A stretch of DNA of 64,000 nucleotides from Minisyncoccota bacterium (GTDB lineage Bacteria; Patescibacteriota; Minisyncoccia; Phycocordibacterales; UBA2100): assembly GCA_043780835.1 (NCBI GenBank), contig JAYWCB010000013.1:13512-77511 (forward strand), given 5' to 3'. This document shows positions 19,440-29,704 of the stretch, piece by piece (position 1 is the first letter of the stretch; each line of letters opens with the position of its first letter). Below the pieces are notes generated by a model, which had not been told where the DNA came from, made no database searches, and worked only from the letters and a program-made list of their open reading frames with translations. A program made the position numbers and the translations under genes.

Positions 19440-20435
19440 TTAGATCACCTTTTTCTTTTCGCTGTCGCCTGAGTTCACTTCGTAGTTTGTATTTTGTGAC
19501 TCGAAGAAGTTCACGAGTTCGAACACATCCGTTGCGGTCGACATCCATTTTGCGGGATTCGACGCGTTGTAGTGCTTCTCCATGCCAAGCTCAACAAGAC
19601 GGCGGTCGGCCACGTACTGCACGTACTGATTTACATAGTCAGCATTCAGTCCAAGGATGCCACGCGGGAACAAGTCGGCATTGAATGTGGTTTCAAGATT
19701 TACGCCTTCGATCACGATTTGGCGGATTTCTTCGGCAAATTCTGCGGTCACGAGTTCCGGATTTTCTTCAAGAATGGAGTGAATGAGGTTGATGCCGAAC
19801 TTCAAATGCAGCGATTCGTCACGAAGCACCCAGTTGATCATCGATCCCAGATTGCGCAGTTGATTTCTTTGTCTAAACGAGAGTGCCACCATGAAGCCCG
19901 AGTAAAACCACACGCCTTCCATAACCACGTTTGTTGCAACAAGATTGCGCACAAAGTCTCGCTTACCATCGAGTGTAGACACATCAAGCTCGTCCTCAGT
20001 CATGCGCTTCATGTATTTGTTGATGAATGCTTCTTTTGCAGCCATTGACGGCACCTGCGTGTGCAGATTGAATACCTTTTCGCGATCGAGCGGGAACGTT
20101 TGCAGAACGTATTCAAACGCGACGCAGTGGTTTGCTTCCTCCCACATTTGCTTTGCGAGATAGAGATGGCATTCAGCCGACTTGAGGTGCGGATACACGC
20201 CAAGCGCGAGTGAACGGTTCACCACCAGTTCCGCTGGATTAAAAAATGCGACGAGGAATTCAACCGCATGGCGTTCGTCATCGGTCATCTTTGCCCAATC
20301 GTCGAGATCTTCTTTGAGTGCAATTTCGTGTGGGAACCACGTGTTTCGGACGGCCTGGTTGTAGAGGTCGTATGCCCACGGATATTGCGAGGGGTGCAAG
20401 TTGTAATCGTCTGGTGATGGTTTGCCTAAGAGCAT
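19440..20435 (-). CDS. nrdB: Ribonucleoside-diphosphate reductase beta subunit (class I R2)
   Basis: Ferritin-like di-iron motifs (EANHCVAFEY, EGVWFYSGFMVALSF) and the radical Tyr region. Lies downstream of nrdA in an operon. Confidence 0.85.
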   Translation of the reverse strand: MLLGKPSPDDYNLHPSQYPWAYDLYNQAVRNTWFPHEIALKEDLDDWAKMTDDERHAVEFLVAFFNPAELVVNRSLALGVYPHLKSAECHLYLAKQMWEEANHCVAFEYVLQTFPLDREKVFNLHTQVPSMAAKEAFINKYMKRMTEDELDVSTLDGKRDFVRNLVATNVVMEGVWFYSGFMVALSFRQRNQLRNLGSMINWVLRDESLHLKFGINLIHSILEENPELVTAEFAEEIRQIVIEGVNLETTFNADLFPRGILGLNADYVNQYVQYVADRRLVELGMEKHYNASNPAKWMSTATDVFELVNFFESQNTNYEVNSGDSEKKKVI

Positions 20436-20502
20436 AATTGAAGTTGCGCACTACTTCTTGGTAATTGAGTTGTGGAATTTTACTTTGAGACTGTGTGATT
20501 TC

Positions 20503-23394
20503 CTATTGACACGCGATGCAAACGTTCGGACTATCTGCACCGTCATCGGGCATATCGTATTCCTGCTTTGCAGGAGCTGGCGCCTGTGCGGCCGGTGCAT
20601 GAGACGCGGTTGCTACTGGTATGGAAGCGGGAGTTTCGGCAACTGATTTAAGCGTTGCGAATCCCATCGGAGTATTCTGATCGCTTATTGATGCACCTGT
20701 GGATGCGCTTGGTACCACTGATGCAACAGACGAGAATCCTCCCCTGGAGGCCACAGCCGGTGCGGGAGCGGTCTCTTGGGTCGCCTGGGCATCTATAGAT
20801 GCTATCGAGCTCTCGGCTGCGTCTGTAGGCAGGTGGGCGGCTGCGGCACTTACCGCTGCAAAGCCCCGAGCCGGTTGCGCAGGAACCGGTACGGGCGTGT
20901 GGGTTGGCATTTGAACAGGAGTGTCGAATGTGATCGGCGATGGTGACATATCGAGCGGTGAGAGTGTTGCATCTGACGGGATACCCGCAGCAGCGAGCTT
21001 GATCGATCCGAATCCGCGCTTGCCCGTCATTTCAGATTTGTTCACATTGGTCGTCGATTGTTCTGCAGTATGACGAGGCTTCATGTGCAAGTAGTAGGTC
21101 GTCTTCAAACCCTTTTTCCATGCAGTCATATAGACCTGTTTCATATCAACCATGTCGCGACTATCGAGATACATGTTGCGCGAGAGGGCCTGGTCGACCC
21201 ATTTTTGCGCACGCGCAGCAACCTCGATGTATGCGTACGGATTGGTAGTAAACGCGGTTTTGTAGATTTCTTTGAAGTATGCGGGAAGGCCTTCGATGTT
21301 TGAGATGTCGCCCTGCGCTTCGATAATCTTCTCTTTCATCTCATCCCAGAGACCCATGTTCTTGAGATCCTTTACGAGATTGTGGTTGAGGTCGAGGTAC
21401 TTTCCGGAAATCTTGTTGCGTGCAAAGACCTGTGCAAAGCGGGGATCGATGCCCGGCGTGGTGCCGGCAACGAGTCCGATGTTTGCATTTGGTGCAACTG
21501 CCATGAGTGTTGCGTTGCGCATGCCAAGCTTCACGCGGGCGCGAAGCTTGTCCCAATCCAATCGCTTTTGCTTGGTAATTTTTGTGAGATCGGTCGTCAT
21601 GCCGCGATCTTTTTCCATACGCTCAATAGTATCGAGCGGCACCATGCCCTCGGACCATCCGGAACCGGGGAAATTCTTATAGCTGCCGCGCTCTTGCGCC
21701 AAATTCGCGCTTTCATCAATTGCCATGTAACTGATGAATTCAAATACACGATCCGCAAAATCCCAGGCATGCGGACTCTCGTAGCTCATCGAGAGTTGTT
21801 CAAGCGCATCGGAGAATCCCATAACGCCAAGTCCGATCGCACGGTTTTCGTTGTCGGAGCGCGCAGCCTCTTCGATGGGAAGTACATTGATGTCGATGAG
21901 GTTGTCGAGCTGACGCACTGCGGTACGGACCGTGTCTTCGAGCTTCGCCCAATTGATCTGCTTACCCTCAATATGTCCCGCTATGTTGAGCGACGCGAGA
22001 TTGCAGACTGCAATGTTGTTGCGATCCTGAGGAAGCGTGATTTCCGTGCAGAGATTCGACATGTGGATGGTGCCGGTGTTGTTGTTGAGCGCGCGCAGGT
22101 TGATCGGATCTTTCCACGTGAGCCACGGGTGAGAGGTGGACTGGAGGGCAGTCAAAATATGCTGGAACTGTTCCGTTGCAGGCACTTTCTTGAACATGCG
22201 TAGTTTGCCGGCCTTTGCCATTTCCACGTACTCTCCGTAGCGCTTTGAGAACGCGGAACCGTAGAGCTCGTTCAGATCCATGGTTTCTTTCGGATCGAAC
22301 ATGTACCAGTCGTCGCCCGATTCCACACGCTTCATAAATTCATCGGAGATGAATACGGCGGTGTTTGCCGTGCGCATACGCAGATAGTCGTCGCCCGCAT
22401 TGTGCTTCCAGTCAATAAACTCGGGGAAATCGTAGTGCCAGTTCTCCATGTAGAAGCAGAGTGCACCGAGCTTCTTGCCGCCGCGCTGCACCGCGCGAAT
22501 TGCGGTGTCCATGATTTTTGCAAACGGTGTCGGACCGCTCGACACTGTGTTCGAAGATTTGAGAGGCGATCCTGTTGCACGGAGCTTGGTGATTGAAACA
22601 CCGATACCGCCGGATCCTTTTGAGATTTTCAGCACGTCGGCAACCGATTTTGCGATGTGGTCCATGTCGTCGTGCACTTCGAGTAGGAAGCAGTTCGAGA
22701 GTGACGGTCGGGATGTGCCTGCACCGAGATTCGTGGAGCCACCTGCAAGATAGAGCAGCTGCGACATCTTTTCGTAGAACTTAATTGCAGAGACGGTAGG
22801 ATTCTTTTCGTTGTAGGAGAGTCCCATCGCCACACGCATAAAGAAATACTGCGGCGTCTCGATGCGCTTTTGGTTTTCGTCGCGCATCGAGTATCGGTCG
22901 AGGAGGGAAGAAAGTCCCGCGTAATTCAAGAGCTCATCGCGTTCCATCTTGAGTGTGGCACCGAGCGTTTCAAGGTCAAACATGGATACCATCCTCTCTT
23001 CGAGGAGTCCTGCAGTGACGTACTTTTGTATATGGAGCGGAAACTGCGTAGCATGCTTTGCGGCAAGTTCAGTCTTATCATCGTTGTATTCTCCCACGAC
23101 GCGGCGATAGACGGTTTTGAGGAGGAGTCGTACGGCAACTTTGTCGTACTCGATGTCTTCTTTGATGTTTTGAACGGCGGCGTTGATCGTGGCCAAGTCC
23201 ATTTCATCGGTGGTGATGCCATCGTAAAGCGTGAGACGTGTTTCGGTCGCGATTTGCGTGACCATCGAAATCGGATCCGAGAGGCCTTCGGCCGCTCGTT
23301 CGATTGAACGATTGATCCTATCTGCGTTGAAAAGTTCTTTCTGTCCGTCGCGTTTTGTAATTGAGATGTTTGTCATATGGCTTGCCGCTACCAT
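20503..23394 (-). CDS. nrdA: Ribonucleoside-diphosphate reductase alpha subunit (class I) with an N-terminal ATP-cone and an extended low-complexity C-terminal linker
   Basis: ATP-cone (ITKRDGQKELFNADRINRSIERA), catalytic core motifs (NLCTEI, SNLCTE region, GLGVMGF), and a C-terminal CIACQ redox pair preceded by about 180 aa rich in A/P/S/T. The start may be the Met at 23376. Confidence 0.9.
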   Translation of the reverse strand: MVAASHMTNISITKRDGQKELFNADRINRSIERAAEGLSDPISMVTQIATETRLTLYDGITTDEMDLATINAAVQNIKEDIEYDKVAVRLLLKTVYRRVVGEYNDDKTELAAKHATQFPLHIQKYVTAGLLEERMVSMFDLETLGATLKMERDELLNYAGLSSLLDRYSMRDENQKRIETPQYFFMRVAMGLSYNEKNPTVSAIKFYEKMSQLLYLAGGSTNLGAGTSRPSLSNCFLLEVHDDMDHIAKSVADVLKISKGSGGIGVSITKLRATGSPLKSSNTVSSGPTPFAKIMDTAIRAVQRGGKKLGALCFYMENWHYDFPEFIDWKHNAGDDYLRMRTANTAVFISDEFMKRVESGDDWYMFDPKETMDLNELYGSAFSKRYGEYVEMAKAGKLRMFKKVPATEQFQHILTALQSTSHPWLTWKDPINLRALNNNTGTIHMSNLCTEITLPQDRNNIAVCNLASLNIAGHIEGKQINWAKLEDTVRTAVRQLDNLIDINVLPIEEAARSDNENRAIGLGVMGFSDALEQLSMSYESPHAWDFADRVFEFISYMAIDESANLAQERGSYKNFPGSGWSEGMVPLDTIERMEKDRGMTTDLTKITKQKRLDWDKLRARVKLGMRNATLMAVAPNANIGLVAGTTPGIDPRFAQVFARNKISGKYLDLNHNLVKDLKNMGLWDEMKEKIIEAQGDISNIEGLPAYFKEIYKTAFTTNPYAYIEVAARAQKWVDQALSRNMYLDSRDMVDMKQVYMTAWKKGLKTTYYLHMKPRHTAEQSTTNVNKSEMTGKRGFGSIKLAAAGIPSDATLSPLDMSPSPITFDTPVQMPTHTPVPVPAQPARGFAAVSAAAAHLPTDAAESSIASIDAQATQETAPAPAVASRGGFSSVASVVPSASTGASISDQNTPMGFATLKSVAETPASIPVATASHAPAAQAPAPAKQEYDMPDDGADSPNVCIACQ

Positions 23395-23903
23395 TGGTAA
23401 TCTCTCTCAAATATAGATTTGAAGAGAGCGCACGCTACCCAGCCGAAGACTCAAAAGGGGGCCACAAAAGACCTGGCAGGGTTAGCTCCCAGGCGGACCG
23501 ATCTCTCGAGTCAAGATACATCTCGGAGAGAAAACGAGATGTATCTGTTGGATGCGACTCTTATTTTTGCACGATAGCCTTCCACGCTTGATGCTATGGA
23601 GTGGGGATAACACGCGATTGAATACAAAAATGGCTTACTTATTGAGCGTCGGAAACGTCGCACATCGCAACCGGAAACGCTTACGAAACGATACCTCGGG
23701 ATGTCAATTTTTGTATGAAGAGTGATGGTTTTTATGCAACAAAAAACGCGTCGCGGTATACAATACGGCACTGTGCCCGCACACACGAAACGGCATAGTA
23801 TGCGTCGACTCTTTTACCTACCTACAACAAAGTAACAATCTCTATGTCTTCATTATCAATTTCAAACGGCATACAGAGACGATGCCGTTTCGTGTGATCG
23901 GGT

Positions 23904-25130
23904 ATGCAGAACAATCCATGGGAACGCGCGCTTCGTCAGCTGCACACCGCCGCAGCTCATATTGATATCCCAAAGCCATTGCTCGAACGACTGGAAACTC
24001 CTGATCACGTAATCGATGTTTCGATCCCTGTGGTTATGGATGACGGTCGAACCGAAACATTTCAGGGGTACCGCGTGCAGCACAACAACATCCGCGGACC
24101 GTACAAAGGAGGATTGCGCTATCACCCAAATGTAGACATGGACGAGGTCAAGGCGCTCGCATTTTGGATGACAATGAAAAATGCGGTGATCGGTGTGCCG
24201 TTTGGGGGAGGAAAGGGTGGCATCCGCGTTGACCCGAAACAACTTTCCAGCGGCGAACTGGAGCGCTTAACACGCGGATTTACGCGCGAACTCGCACCGC
24301 ACATCGGTCCGCACGTAGATGTGCCTGCGCCGGATGTAAATACGAATTCCACGATCATGAGTTGGATCCGCGATGAGTACTCAAAAATCGTCGGTGAGGA
24401 CACTCCGGCAGTGATTACCGGCAAAGCAGTTGAGCATGGCGGATCGCGTGGCCGAACCGAGGCAACGGGTATCGGTGGTTTTTATGCGCTCGACGAATAT
24501 TTGAAACAGACCGGTCAACAACACAATTTAAGCGCCGCGATTCAAGGAATGGGAAATGTGGGCGGATATTTGGCCGGATACATGCAACAGAGCGGATTCA
24601 AGATCGAAGCTCTCACTGATTCGAAAAGCGGAGTGTATGTGCCCGGCGGATTGCGCGACATTGAGGCAATTCGGACATTCAAAGAGTCGCACGGTTCGCT
24701 TGAGGGTTCTGCAGATTCGGGTGATGCGCAGTACATCGCCTCCGGCGATATTGTTGCGCTTCCGGTCGATATTCTCATACCTTGCGCACTTGAAAATTCA
24801 ATCACCGGTGACAACGCGGGTTCTGTGCAGGCACGGATTATTTTGGAAATGGCAAACGGTCCGACCACGACTGACGCTGATGCAATCCTTGAAAAGAAAT
24901 CGGTGGTAGTAATTCCGGACATTCTTGCAAACGCAGGAGGCGTCGCGGTCTCATATTTTGAGTGGTACCAAAATATTCACCATGAATCATGGACGAAAGA
25001 CGATGTATTTTCTAAACTCTCAGACCTCATGCGTGCAGCTGTCGATACGGTGCTCGTAACCGCACAAGAGAAAAACGTATCGCTGCGAACGGCGGCATAT
25101 ATCGTTGCGCTCAAAAAGCTCTCTGAGTGA
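23904..25130 (+). CDS. gdhA: Glutamate dehydrogenase (Glu/Leu/Phe/Val dehydrogenase family)
   Basis: Catalytic motif GGGKGGIRVDP and the NAD(P)-binding motif GMGNVGGY. Confidence 0.9.
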   Translation: MQNNPWERALRQLHTAAAHIDIPKPLLERLETPDHVIDVSIPVVMDDGRTETFQGYRVQHNNIRGPYKGGLRYHPNVDMDEVKALAFWMTMKNAVIGVPFGGGKGGIRVDPKQLSSGELERLTRGFTRELAPHIGPHVDVPAPDVNTNSTIMSWIRDEYSKIVGEDTPAVITGKAVEHGGSRGRTEATGIGGFYALDEYLKQTGQQHNLSAAIQGMGNVGGYLAGYMQQSGFKIEALTDSKSGVYVPGGLRDIEAIRTFKESHGSLEGSADSGDAQYIASGDIVALPVDILIPCALENSITGDNAGSVQARIILEMANGPTTTDADAILEKKSVVVIPDILANAGGVAVSYFEWYQNIHHESWTKDDVFSKLSDLMRAAVDTVLVTAQEKNVSLRTAAYIVALKKLSE

Positions 25131-25142
25131 TAGAGTATTTCT

Positions 25143-26477
25143 ATGGAGATACACGGGCCTGATTTCAGGGCTTATTTCAAGGGTAAAAAGGTAACCGTCA
25201 TGGGTTTAGGGCTATTGGGACGCGGGGTAGGTGACGCCGCGTTTCTTTCTGATTGCGGAGCGCTCGTAACCGTGACCGATATGAAAGACGAGATCGCACT
25301 TGCGAGCTCTCTGCAGCAGCTGAAGTCATATACAAATATTACGTATCATCTCGGCGGGCACGTTATATCAGATTTTACCGATACGGATCTCGTGATTAAA
25401 GCGGCGGGCGTCAAATTGGATTCACCGTTCATCGAAGCGGCCCGCGAAGCGGGAATACCGATCGCGATGTCGACTTCGCTCTTCGCACAATTTGCGCAGG
25501 CTCAGGGAGTGACGATCGTGGGGGTAACGGGTACCCGTGGAAAATCCACTGTTTCTCATATGATCTATCACGCACTTACCCACGCCGGTAAGCGGGCGCA
25601 TCTGGGCGGGAACATTCGCGGACTCTCCACACTCGCCATGTTGCCCGACATGTGTGCAGGTGACATTGCGGTGCTTGAATTGGATTCGTGGCAACTTCAG
25701 GGATTCGGGGACGCATACATGAGTCCGCATATTTCCATATTTACGAACCTGATGCCCGATCACCAGAATTATTATCCAGACATGGATTCGTATTTTAGAG
25801 ATAAGGCGAATATCTTTTTGTACCAAACGAAAGACGATGCGCTGTTTGTGGGCGCAGATATTGAGGCACAGGTGCGCGCAGCGCATCCACCGGTAGAGCC
25901 AACGGTTATCAGCGAACTCGCACCTGATTGGGAGCTTAAGATCCTTGGCATCCACAACAGAATAAATGCCGCACTCGCAGCCGCAGCGTGCCTTCGCTTG
26001 GGACTCACCAGTGAAGTCATTCGCGCCGGACTCGAATCATTTAACGGTGTGGAAGGTCGACTACAATTTATGGGCCTCGCAGGCGGCGTGCGTGTATTCA
26101 ATGACAACAACGCAACCACGCCTGAGGCAACGATTGCGGCGCTGCGCGCGCTCGATCAGGGGAGGCGCGACATCGTGCTCATTGCAGGCGGCGCTGATAA
26201 AAATCTAGATCTGGATATATTGGTCTCAGAAATTCAGCGCACGTGCAAAGCGGTCTTTCTTATTGCAGGCACAGGGACCGATCGTATCAAGCCGTTGCTC
26301 AATGATCCGCAAATATTCCAATCGCTCGAGACGGCGACAGACTCCGCGTTTGATACCGCAGTGTTCGGTGATGCGGTCTTATTCTCACCCGCATTTACAT
26401 CGTTCAGTGCCTACGCAAACGAATACGAACGTAATGATCACTTTTTATCACTGGTACGGCCGCGTATAGAGACGTAG
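25143..26477 (+). CDS. murD: UDP-N-acetylmuramoyl-L-alanine--D-glutamate ligase (MurD)
   Basis: N-terminal Rossmann (VMGLGLLGRG), Mur-ligase P-loop (GVTGTRGKSTV) and Mur ligase C-domain. Lies in a mur cluster. Confidence 0.85.
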   Translation: MEIHGPDFRAYFKGKKVTVMGLGLLGRGVGDAAFLSDCGALVTVTDMKDEIALASSLQQLKSYTNITYHLGGHVISDFTDTDLVIKAAGVKLDSPFIEAAREAGIPIAMSTSLFAQFAQAQGVTIVGVTGTRGKSTVSHMIYHALTHAGKRAHLGGNIRGLSTLAMLPDMCAGDIAVLELDSWQLQGFGDAYMSPHISIFTNLMPDHQNYYPDMDSYFRDKANIFLYQTKDDALFVGADIEAQVRAAHPPVEPTVISELAPDWELKILGIHNRINAALAAAACLRLGLTSEVIRAGLESFNGVEGRLQFMGLAGGVRVFNDNNATTPEATIAALRALDQGRRDIVLIAGGADKNLDLDILVSEIQRTCKAVFLIAGTGTDRIKPLLNDPQIFQSLETATDSAFDTAVFGDAVLFSPAFTSFSAYANEYERNDHFLSLVRPRIET

Positions 26478-26531
26478 GTGGAAGGCTAAATTTTCGGCTG
26501 AATTGAACACGCACCGTGATATATTGCCGAA

Positions 26532-27041
26532 ATGATCGATTTCTCAAAGTACGCCATCAAAGGGAAAAATCGAATGGATCTCAATGCATTATTTAGGGAT
26601 GTAGGTGCGTTCGATGCCGCGATACAGTCTATGGCGGAACCGTTCCGCGCGAAGAGCGTATCAGCAGTTGCTGCACTTGATGCACTCGGATTTGTCTTTG
26701 GAACCGCAATCGCACGAGAGCTCGGCTGTGGATTGATATTGGTACGTAAAGGAGGAAAACTTCCTGTTGAATGCGAGTCCACAACATTTGTTGATTACTC
26801 AGGGGATACGAAAACATTTGAGATTGCACGTGGAGTAATTTTCGAAGGTGACACTGTGCTTATCGTTGACGAATGGTCATCGACTGGTGCGCAACTTGAG
26901 GCGAGTGCGTTATTGATTGAAAAGATGGGGGGAGTCGTTATTGGCGCGGCATGTTACAGCATGAACGCACGGGTTAAAGCCAACCCACTTCTATCGAAAT
27001 ACGTATTGCATTCATTGCTTGTGTCCGAATCGACGATGTAA
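26532..27041 (+). CDS. apt: Adenine phosphoribosyltransferase-like (type I PRTase)
   Basis: PRPP-binding motif VLIVDEWSSTGAQ and an APRT-like core (GFVFGTAIARELGCGLILVRKGGKLP). Confidence 0.75.
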   Translation: MIDFSKYAIKGKNRMDLNALFRDVGAFDAAIQSMAEPFRAKSVSAVAALDALGFVFGTAIARELGCGLILVRKGGKLPVECESTTFVDYSGDTKTFEIARGVIFEGDTVLIVDEWSSTGAQLEASALLIEKMGGVVIGAACYSMNARVKANPLLSKYVLHSLLVSESTM

Positions 27042-27094
27042 GGTGGAAAGCTAAACCTTCCACATGACGTTGGAAATGATAGAGTCGAAATAAT

Positions 27095-28174
27095 ATGGAT
27101 ACACCGGAAATCGCAAGCCCCGCATTTTTCATAGGGAAAGGAACAAATGCTGAGGGAGATCTCATTTCTTTCGGCTCCGGCCAGCCGGACTTACCGCCGC
27201 CGCCAAGTGCGTTTTCGGTATTGCAGAATTACCGGGGATTTAAATACGGCATGGTGCAGGGCGAAGAGAATCTGCGCGCAGCTATCGCAAAAGAGTATCC
27301 GAGTGCGATTGCAGAGGAAATCGTCATTACCAACGGTGCCTCCGAAGCAATCGATCTAGTGCTGCGCGCTATTTCGGTCTCCGGTGGACGCGTTGCATTA
27401 CCGCGGCCGTTTTACTATTCGTATCCGCACAATGTAACGCTCGCTGGGATGACTCCGGTGTACTACGACCTTGAAAAAGGCAAGATCAATTTCGAGACAT
27501 TTGAACAAGCGGTTCAGGGATGTCGTGCCGTCATGATCAACTCACCGTCAAATCCGACCGGCACCGTGCAAGACGTGGAAACACTGCGGAAAATTGAAGA
27601 GCTGTGCAATGATCTCGGCATCTACGTGCTCTCCGACGAAGTCTATAAAGAACTCATGTACGAGCGCGAAAATTATTTGCTTAAGGGCAAGCGCGTGGTG
27701 ACTATCAATTCATTTTCAAAAACCTATGCCATGTGCGGACATCGTCTCGGATATTTTCATTCGCTCGATCGTGAACTCGTTGCTCGAGTGGTTGAGATGA
27801 AATCGCATACATCGATGAACACGTCGGTTGTAGCTCAGGCGATGGGCTTAGCGGCAATGAGCGAGCGCTCAACGTATGTAGCGTCGCACGTGCCGATATG
27901 GGAAAAGCGCCGCGACAATATTTATACCGGCATGCAGACACTCGGACTCGATCTCTGGAAACCGGAAGGGGCGTTTTATGTGCTGCCGAAATTCAAAAAC
28001 CCGTCTCGTGTCATGCACGATCTGTATTACAACTACAAAATGATTACGTACGACGGCACGTGGTTTGGTGCGCCGGATCGTTTGCGCTTCAGTTATGCCC
28101 TCGATGAGGCGAAGATCACCGAAGGTCTTGCGCGACTCGGTCGGTTCTTAGAATCGGAATACAAAACGTATTGA
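27095..28174 (+). CDS. PLP-dependent aminotransferase, class I/II
   Basis: SFSKTYAMCGHRLGY (PLP lysine motif SFSKxxxxxGxRxGY). About 360 aa. Substrate unknown. Confidence 0.75.
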   Translation: MDTPEIASPAFFIGKGTNAEGDLISFGSGQPDLPPPPSAFSVLQNYRGFKYGMVQGEENLRAAIAKEYPSAIAEEIVITNGASEAIDLVLRAISVSGGRVALPRPFYYSYPHNVTLAGMTPVYYDLEKGKINFETFEQAVQGCRAVMINSPSNPTGTVQDVETLRKIEELCNDLGIYVLSDEVYKELMYERENYLLKGKRVVTINSFSKTYAMCGHRLGYFHSLDRELVARVVEMKSHTSMNTSVVAQAMGLAAMSERSTYVASHVPIWEKRRDNIYTGMQTLGLDLWKPEGAFYVLPKFKNPSRVMHDLYYNYKMITYDGTWFGAPDRLRFSYALDEAKITEGLARLGRFLESEYKTY

Positions 28175-28310
28175 TGCATGCCCGCACACTAACACTGTCG
28201 TCGTTATGCATGCAGAACAGTGTCTATTTCAGAATATGGCTACCAAATCAGTCAGTCCAAGAGTTGTCAAAATTGTTTCCACGGCATTACGACAGTGTTA
28301 GTGTGCGGGT

Positions 28311-29072
28311 ATGATCGGGATATTTGACTCAGGAGTCGGTGGTCTTACGGTATTGCACGCGATTCGCGAAAATTTGCCGAGCGCAGACGTGATCTATTTC
28401 GGCGATACAAAGAATGCGCCCTACGGTGAAAAAAGTCGGGAACAATTATCTGACCTCACCGTTGCCGCCATTCAGTTATTACAGAAACGCGGAGCGAATA
28501 ATATCGTGAGTGCGTGTAATAGTGTCTCCGCGTCGCTCGCGGTCTCACTTCTTGATGCGTTCGATCTTCAACCGGGACAATTAATCGAGATGGTCGGGCC
28601 AACGGTCAGCGTATTTCGCGGCGCGGATATGCGTATCGCATTGGCAGCGACTCCCGCAACGATCTTGTCTGAAATCTATCAAAATGCATTCCGTATGATT
28701 GGAAAGGATATCCAAGCGATTCCTGTGCCGGGACTCGCTGGTGCCATTGAACTTGGAAAACCGAACGAAGAAATAGAATCAATCATCGCCACTGCCTTTG
28801 CCGGGGTGGATCCTGCATCGTTCGATGTGTTGGTGCTTGCATGTACACACTATCCGTTTGCGACCACTTCATTCAAAGCAGTCCTCGGGGAACAGGTTTC
28901 TCTATTTGATCCGGCACTCGCGGTTGCGGCTCGCGTGGAGAAACAGTTCTGGCCCCGCGAAGTAGGCGACGGTACGACAAGATTTATCATCAGCGCTGAA
29001 TCTGCTGAATTTCGCCGTCTTGTTACACAATTTTTCCCCGACACGCGCATCGATATCGAGGTGCTCGTTTGA
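28311..29072 (+). CDS. murI: Glutamate racemase (MurI)
   Basis: N-terminus IGIFDSGVGGLTVL and the second catalytic Cys motif ACTHYP. Confidence 0.9.
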   Translation: MIGIFDSGVGGLTVLHAIRENLPSADVIYFGDTKNAPYGEKSREQLSDLTVAAIQLLQKRGANNIVSACNSVSASLAVSLLDAFDLQPGQLIEMVGPTVSVFRGADMRIALAATPATILSEIYQNAFRMIGKDIQAIPVPGLAGAIELGKPNEEIESIIATAFAGVDPASFDVLVLACTHYPFATTSFKAVLGEQVSLFDPALAVAARVEKQFWPREVGDGTTRFIISAESAEFRRLVTQFFPDTRIDIEVLV

Positions 29073-29162
29073 CATTTATAGATACTGTGTTAATATCCTG
29101 CCCGGTCGAGGCAGTCTCGAAACAGGCTCAATGAGTCGAAACACGCACGGTAGGAGTTCTAA

Positions 29163-29615
29163 ATGTCCGTCAAATCGCCGCATCTCATGGACAAGTACGT
29201 CGGCGCCCGCATTCGCATGCGACGCATGCAGGTTGGTATGTCGCAGGAAAAACTCGCCACGGGAATGGAATTGTCGTTCCAGCAGGTGCAGAAGTATGAA
29301 AAGGGTACCAATCGGGTGAGTGCGAGCAGACTACAGAAACTCTGCGAATTACTGGAGGTTACCGTTTCGCTCTTCTTCGAAGGTGCTCCCGGGTCGTCGA
29401 AAATAGCTGTTGCCTCACCGGCACAGGACCTGATGATAATGCTTTCGACAAGGGCGGGGGTTCGCCTCGCGAGCGCCATCAACGTCATCAAGCACGACCA
29501 GGAACTCATGGATCTCGTGGTCGGATTCGCGCAGACGGTGGCAACACGTGTTGCTTCACCGGAGCGGAAGGTCACGAGTATCGCGTCACGAGCAAAGAAG
29601 CGCGCGACACGGTAA
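29163..29615 (+). CDS. XRE-family helix-turn-helix transcriptional regulator
   Basis: HTH_XRE core (IRMRRMQVGMSQEKLATGMELSFQQVQKYEKGTNRVSASRL). TAGGAG RBS. Terminator at 29645-29675. Confidence 0.7.
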   Translation: MSVKSPHLMDKYVGARIRMRRMQVGMSQEKLATGMELSFQQVQKYEKGTNRVSASRLQKLCELLEVTVSLFFEGAPGSSKIAVASPAQDLMIMLSTRAGVRLASAINVIKHDQELMDLVVGFAQTVATRVASPERKVTSIASRAKKRATR

Positions 29616-29644
29616 TCTTCGGAACCCATCATCACGCTGTTCGT

Positions 29645-29675
29645 TAAAGGCCGCATCATTGCGGCCTTTTTCATT
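29645..29675 (+). terminator. Intrinsic terminator after the XRE gene
   Basis: Stem aaaggccgca..tgcggccttt followed by ttc. Confidence 0.6.
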
Positions 29676-29704
29676 TGTGTGTCGCAAACGCGTATACTGG
29701 TGCA

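Noticed and set aside
20503-23394. Numerous 60-270-aa ORFs on the opposite strand or in other frames inside nrdA, nrdB, the sulP gene, the decarboxylase gene, and the ATPase and glycan-cluster genes
   Set aside because: They lie fully inside long, well-supported genes and lack RBSs. Their compositions are typical of antisense frames of moderately GC-rich coding DNA. Treated as spurious.
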